The notes under the pieces are model-generated. The model saw only the letters and a program-made list of their open reading frames with translations. It did no database searches and was not told the DNA's origin. Positions 59,266-64,000 of a stretch of 64,000 nt of DNA are shown piece after piece. The DNA comes from Phyllobates terribilis (taxonomy: Eukaryota): the NCBI RefSeq assembly GCF_046119375.1, contig NW_027362761.1:1116434001-1116498000 (forward strand). Direction: 5' to 3'. The position numbers were made by a program, and so were the translations under genes. Position 1 is the first letter of the stretch. Each line of letters opens with the position of its first letter.

Positions 59266-62200
59266 CCTGTGCTGCTGCAGAGGCTCCTCCGGGGGGCGCT
59301 GTGTGCGGGGCTGCACATCCTCTGTGCTGCTGTGGAGGCTCCTCCGGGGGGCGCTGTGTGCGGAGCTGGACATCCTCTGTGCTGCTGTGGAGGCTCCTCC
59401 GGGGGGGGCGCTGTGTGCGGAGCTGGACATCCTCTGTGCTGCTGTGGAGGCTCCTCCGGGGGGGCGCTGTGTGCGGAGCTGCACATCATCTGTGCTGCTG
59501 TGGAGGCTCCTCCGGGGGGGCGCTGTGTGCGGAGCTGCACATCCTCTGTGCTGCTGTGGAGGCTCCTCCGGGGGGGGCGCTGTGTGCGGAGCTGGACTTC
59601 CTCTGTGCTGCTGTGGAGGCTCCTCCGGGGGGGGCGCTGTGTGCGGAGCTGGACATCCTCTGTGCTGCTGTGGAGGCTCCTCCGGGGGGGCGCTGTGTGC
59701 GGAGCTGCACATCCTCTGTGCTGCTGTGGAGGCTCCTCCGGGGGGGCGCTGTGTGCGGAGCTGCACATCCTCTGTGCTGCTGTGGAGGCTCCTCCAGGGG
59801 GGCGCTGTGTGCGGAGCTGCACATCCTCTGTGCTGCTGTGGAGGCTCCTCCGGGGGGGCGCTGTGTGCGGAGCTGGACATCCTCTGTGCTGCTGTGGAGG
59901 CTCCTCCGGGGGGGCGCTGTGTGCGGAGCTGCACATCCTCTGTGCTGCTGTGGAGGCTCCTCCGGGGGGGCGCTGTGTGCGGAGCTGCACATCCTCTGTG
60001 CTGCTGTGGAGGCTCCTCCGGGGGGGCGCTGTGTGCGGAGCTGCACATCCTCTGTGCTGCTGTGGAGGCTCCTCCGGGGGGGCGCTGTGTGCGGAGCTGC
60101 ACATCCTCTGTGCTGCTGTGGAGGCTCCTCCGGGGGGGCGCTGTGTGCGGAGCTGCACATCCTCTGTGCTGCTGTGGAGGCTCCTCCGGGGGGGCGCTGT
60201 GTGCGGAGCTGCACATCCTCTGTGCTGCTGTGGAGGCTCCTCCGGGGGAGGGGGGGCCGCCGTGCGCGGAGCTGCACATCCTCTGTGCTGCTGCAGAGGC
60301 TCCTCCGGGGGAGGGGGGGCTGCCGTGCGCGGAGCTGCACATCCTCTGTGCTGCTGCAGAGGCTCCTCCGGGGGGCGCCGTGCGCGGAGCTGGACATCCT
60401 CTGTGCTGCTGCCAAGGCTCCTCCGGGGGGGGGTGCTGTGCGCGGAGCTGGACATCCTCTGTGCTGCTGCCGAGGCTCCTCCGAGGGCGCTGTGTGCGGA
60501 GCTGCACATCCTCTGTGCTGCTGTGGAGGCTCCTCCGGGGGGGCGCTGTGTGCGGAGCTGCACATCCTCTGTGCTGCTGTGGAGGCTCCTCCGGGGGAGG
60601 GGGGGCCGCCGTGCGCGGAGCTGCACATCCTCTGTGCTGCTGCCAAGGCTCCTCCGGGGGGGGGTGCTGTGCGCGGAGCTGGACATCCTCTGTGCTGCTG
60701 CCAAGGCTCCTCCGGGGGGGGGTGCTGTGCGCGGAGCTGGACATCCTCTGTGCTGCTGCCGAGGCTCCTCCGAGGGCGCTGTGTGCGGAGCTGCACATCC
60801 TCTGTGCTGCTGCCGAGGCTCCTCCGAGGGCACTGTGTACGGAGCTGGACATCCTCTGTGCTGCTGCAGAGGCTCCTCCGAGGGCACTGTGTGCGGAGCT
60901 GGACATCCTCTGTGCTGCTGCCGAGGCTCCTCCGAGGGCACTGTGTACGGAGCTGGACATCCTCTGTGCTGCTGCAGAGGCTCCTCCGAGGGCACTGTGT
61001 GCGGAGCTGGACATCCTCTGTGCTGCTGCCGAGGCTCCTCCGAGGGCGCTGTGTACGGAGCTGCACATCATCTGTGCTGCTGCAGAGTTTCCTCCGAGGG
61101 CACTGTGTGCGGAGCTGGACATCCTCTGTGCTGCTGCGGAGGCTCCTCCGGGGGGGGGGTGCTGTGTGAGGAGCTGCACATCCTCTGTGCTGCTGTGGAG
61201 GCTTCGGGGGGGGGTGCTGTGTGAGGAGCTGCATATCCTCTGTGCTGCTGTGGAGGCTTGGGGGGGGGGCGCTGTGTGCGGAGCTGCACATCCTCTGTGC
61301 TGCTGTGGAGGCTCCTCCGGGGGGGTGCTGTGTGCGTAGCTGCACATCTTCTGTGCTGCTGTGGAGGCTCCTCCAGGGGGGCGCCGGGCGTGGAGCTGCA
61401 CATCCTCTGTGTTGCTGTGGAGGCTCCTCCGGGGGGCGCCGGGCGTGGAGCTGGACATCCTCTGTGCTGCTGCCGAGGCTTCTCCGGGGGGAAGGCGCCG
61501 TGCGCGGAGCTGGGCATCCTCTGTGCTGCTGCCGAGGCTCCTCCTGGGGGGCGCCGTGCGCGGAGCTGGGCATCCTCTGTGCTGCTGCCGAGGCTCCTCC
61601 TGGGGGGCGCCGTGCGTGGAGCTGGGCATCCTCTGTGCTGCTACCGAGGCTCCTCCTGGGGGGCGCCGTGCGCGGAGCTGGACATTTTCTGTACTGCTGC
61701 CAAGTCTCCTCCGGGGGAGGGGGGGCCGCCGTGCGCGGAGCTGCACATCCTCTGTGCTGCTGTGGAGGTTCCTCCGGGGGGCGCTGTGTGCGGAGCTGCA
61801 CATCCTCTGTGCTGCTGTGGAGGCTCCTCCGGGGGGGCGCTGTGTGCGGAGCTGCACATCCTCTGTGCTGCTGTGCAGGCTCCTCCGGGGGGGCGCCGGG
61901 CGTGGAGCTGCACATCCTCTGTGCTGCTGCCGAGGCTCCTCCGGAGGGCGCTGTGCGCGGAGCTGGACATCCTCTGTGCTGCTGCCGAGGCTCCACCGGG
62001 GGGGGGGGCGCTGTGCGCGGAGCTGGACATCCTCTGTGCTGCTGCCGAGGCTCCTCCGACGGCGCTGTGTGCGGAGCTGCACATCCTCTGTGCTGCTGCA
62101 GAGGCTCCTCCGAGGGCACTGTGTGCGGAGCTGCACATCCTCTGTGCTGCTGCAGAGGCTCCTCCGAGGGCACTGTGTGCGGAGCTGCACATCCTCTGTG

Positions 62201-62800
62201 CTGCTGTGGAGGCTCCTCCGGGGGGGCGCTGTGTGCGGAGCTGCACATCTTCTGTGCTGCTGTGGAGGCTCCTCCAGGGGGGCGCCAGGCGTGGAGCTGC
62301 ACATCCTCTGTGCTGCTGTGGAGGCTCCTCCGGGGGGCGCCGGGCGTGGAGCTGGACATCCTCTGTGCTGCTGCCGATGCTCCTCCAGGGGCGCCGTGCG
62401 CGGAGCTGGACATCCTCTGTGCTGCTGCCAAGGCTCCTTCGGGGGGGCGCCTTGCGCGGTGCTGGACATCCTCTGTGCTGCTGCCGAGGCTCCTCCGGGG
62501 GGGCGCTGTGCGCGGAGCTGGACATCCTCTGTGCTGCTGCCGAGGCTCCTCCGGGGGGCGCGTGCGCGGAGCTGGGCATCCTCTGTGCTGCTGCCGAGGC
62601 TCGTCCTGGGGGGCGCCGTGCGCGGAGCTGGACATCCTCTGTACTGCTGCCGAGGCCCCTCCAGGGGCGCCGTGCGCGGAGCTGGACATCCTCTGTGCTG
62701 CTGCCAAGGCTCCACCGGGGGGGGGGGGCGCCGTGCGCGGAGCTGGACATCCTCTGTGCTGCTGCCGAGGCTCCTCCGGGGGGGGCCGTGCGCGGAGCTG
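59266..62800. repeat. About 55-bp GC-rich minisatellite, about 64 copies, SEPSECS intron 1
   Basis: Unit GCGCTGTGTGCGGAGCTGSACATCCTCTGTGCTGCTGTGGAGGCTCCTCC(G)n. Confidence 0.95.
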
Positions 62801-63275
62801 TTCCTGCTGCACGCTCGGCACAGTTTATTTTCTAGACATATTTGTACTGAATCTGTCACATCCACCATAAGACGTTGCAGTGACGGCCCCGTGCACTGGG
62901 AGGCGCTTGTGCCTTCTAGGGTAAAGTCCCACTTGGTTGATTCATGCTGCTGAAAGCCGAGCCCATGACGGGGAGAATGAGGCACCCCTCCCCCATCCAT
63001 AGATTAGTGGGGTCCTGGCTCCTGGGCCCTCATGTGCGGCCCCCTCTCCATTGTTCTTGGTATTGCTGACGTTCTATCGGTCGGACCACCTCCGATCAGC
63101 AAGTTACCACCCGTCCTGTGCAATGTGGCCGGTTCAGCTCCCTCTCATCTCGTATACGGGGGTCTTCACAGTTGGATTTTCTTCATAGTGTCTCCTGGAG
63201 ACTTACGGTGAATACTCAGCATTGTATTTCCGATCTTGTATCTATAATAAACTGTTAATTTTTTTTGTTTTTTAG

Positions 63276-63430
63276 GGTAAATGCCCCCAGGATGCCTGGG
63301 ACGAGAGCACTATCGAGCTCTTCCTTCATGAGCTGGCCGTGATGGACAGTAATAATTTCCTCGGGAATTGTGGAGTGGGAGAACGCGAGGGACGAGTGGC
63401 GTGTGGCTTGGTTTCTCGCCGGCATTATCG
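63276..63430 (+). CDS. SEPSECS: SEPSECS exon 2
   Basis: ttttag|GGT...TATCG|gtattt, 155 nt; [52 protein letters not shown]. Confidence 0.97.
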
Positions 63431-64000
63431 GTATTTTTCTCTTGTAATCAGATGCTCGGCCATTACTCTAGTGCTAATCTCTGGTGCGGGGCGGCCGGGA
63501 TTCATCATTTATTTCAATGTATAAAGACTACAGAACCCGTTCTGCTCCCCAGTGGTGACTGGTACTAGAACGCACCCACGGGATCATGGGTGTTACCATT
63601 CACCACCCCAATCTGCCGCAGAGCAGCAGGAGAATGCCGCCTCCGGCACCGCTTATCCATACTGCCAATTCTCTGAAGGAGGAGGGTCTGAATTTCCCCA
63701 TCAGTCCCCAATATGTTCAGGAGCCGTTCTGGAGCGTGGCCTCAGGGGTGACGGACGCTGTCTCTGACCGTCTACACAGGTGTCCAAGTGCCGACTGATC
63801 AGTGTTTCTATGATTACGGCTTCTATCGGGAATGTGACCATTGGTCCCAGAGATGACATCAGTCAGGGTTCATCATAATGTGAAGTAGGAGGATAGGGGT
63901 GGTAGTCTGGCACTGCTGTGCTAGATACAGGAAATACAGAGGCCGTAGTAAGGTGTTTGAAACATGCGATTCATTCTCGACGCATTTCGCAGTTTCTTCA

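Noticed and set aside
59131-63000. ORFs of 369-1289 aa on both strands
   Set aside because: They are translations of a stop-poor 55-bp minisatellite, open in most frames, inside SEPSECS intron 1, with no domain content.

Overview
Eukaryotic, repeat-dense genomic DNA, most likely from an anuran amphibian (inferred from the transposon families and protein similarity). It holds a complete 13-exon ZCCHC4 gene (28S rRNA m6A methyltransferase) on the minus strand (CDS 49032 to 23659, 1473 nt, 490 aa; I traced every exon by hand, all GT-AG with continuous phase). It also holds the first two coding exons of SEPSECS (Sec-tRNA synthase) on the plus strand (58821-58934, 63276-63430). The two genes are head-to-head, about 9.8 kb apart. 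An intact tRNA-Ile(AAT) gene lies 310 bp upstream of the SEPSECS ATG in divergent orientation, and a near-consensus ZNF143/Staf site sits just inside SEPSECS intron 1. PI4K2B, which lies between these genes in human, is not recognisable in the interval. The rest is transposons (three Tc1 elements, a near-intact CR1 ORF2 nested in one of them, Helitrons, piggyBac-, Harbinger- and hAT-type non-autonomous elements, L2/RTE/CR1 fragments, a V-SINE, LTR-like pieces) and several large GC-rich minisatellites. The very long ORFs in the ORF track over those arrays are repeat artefacts. No databases were searched; family names rest on recalled motifs.
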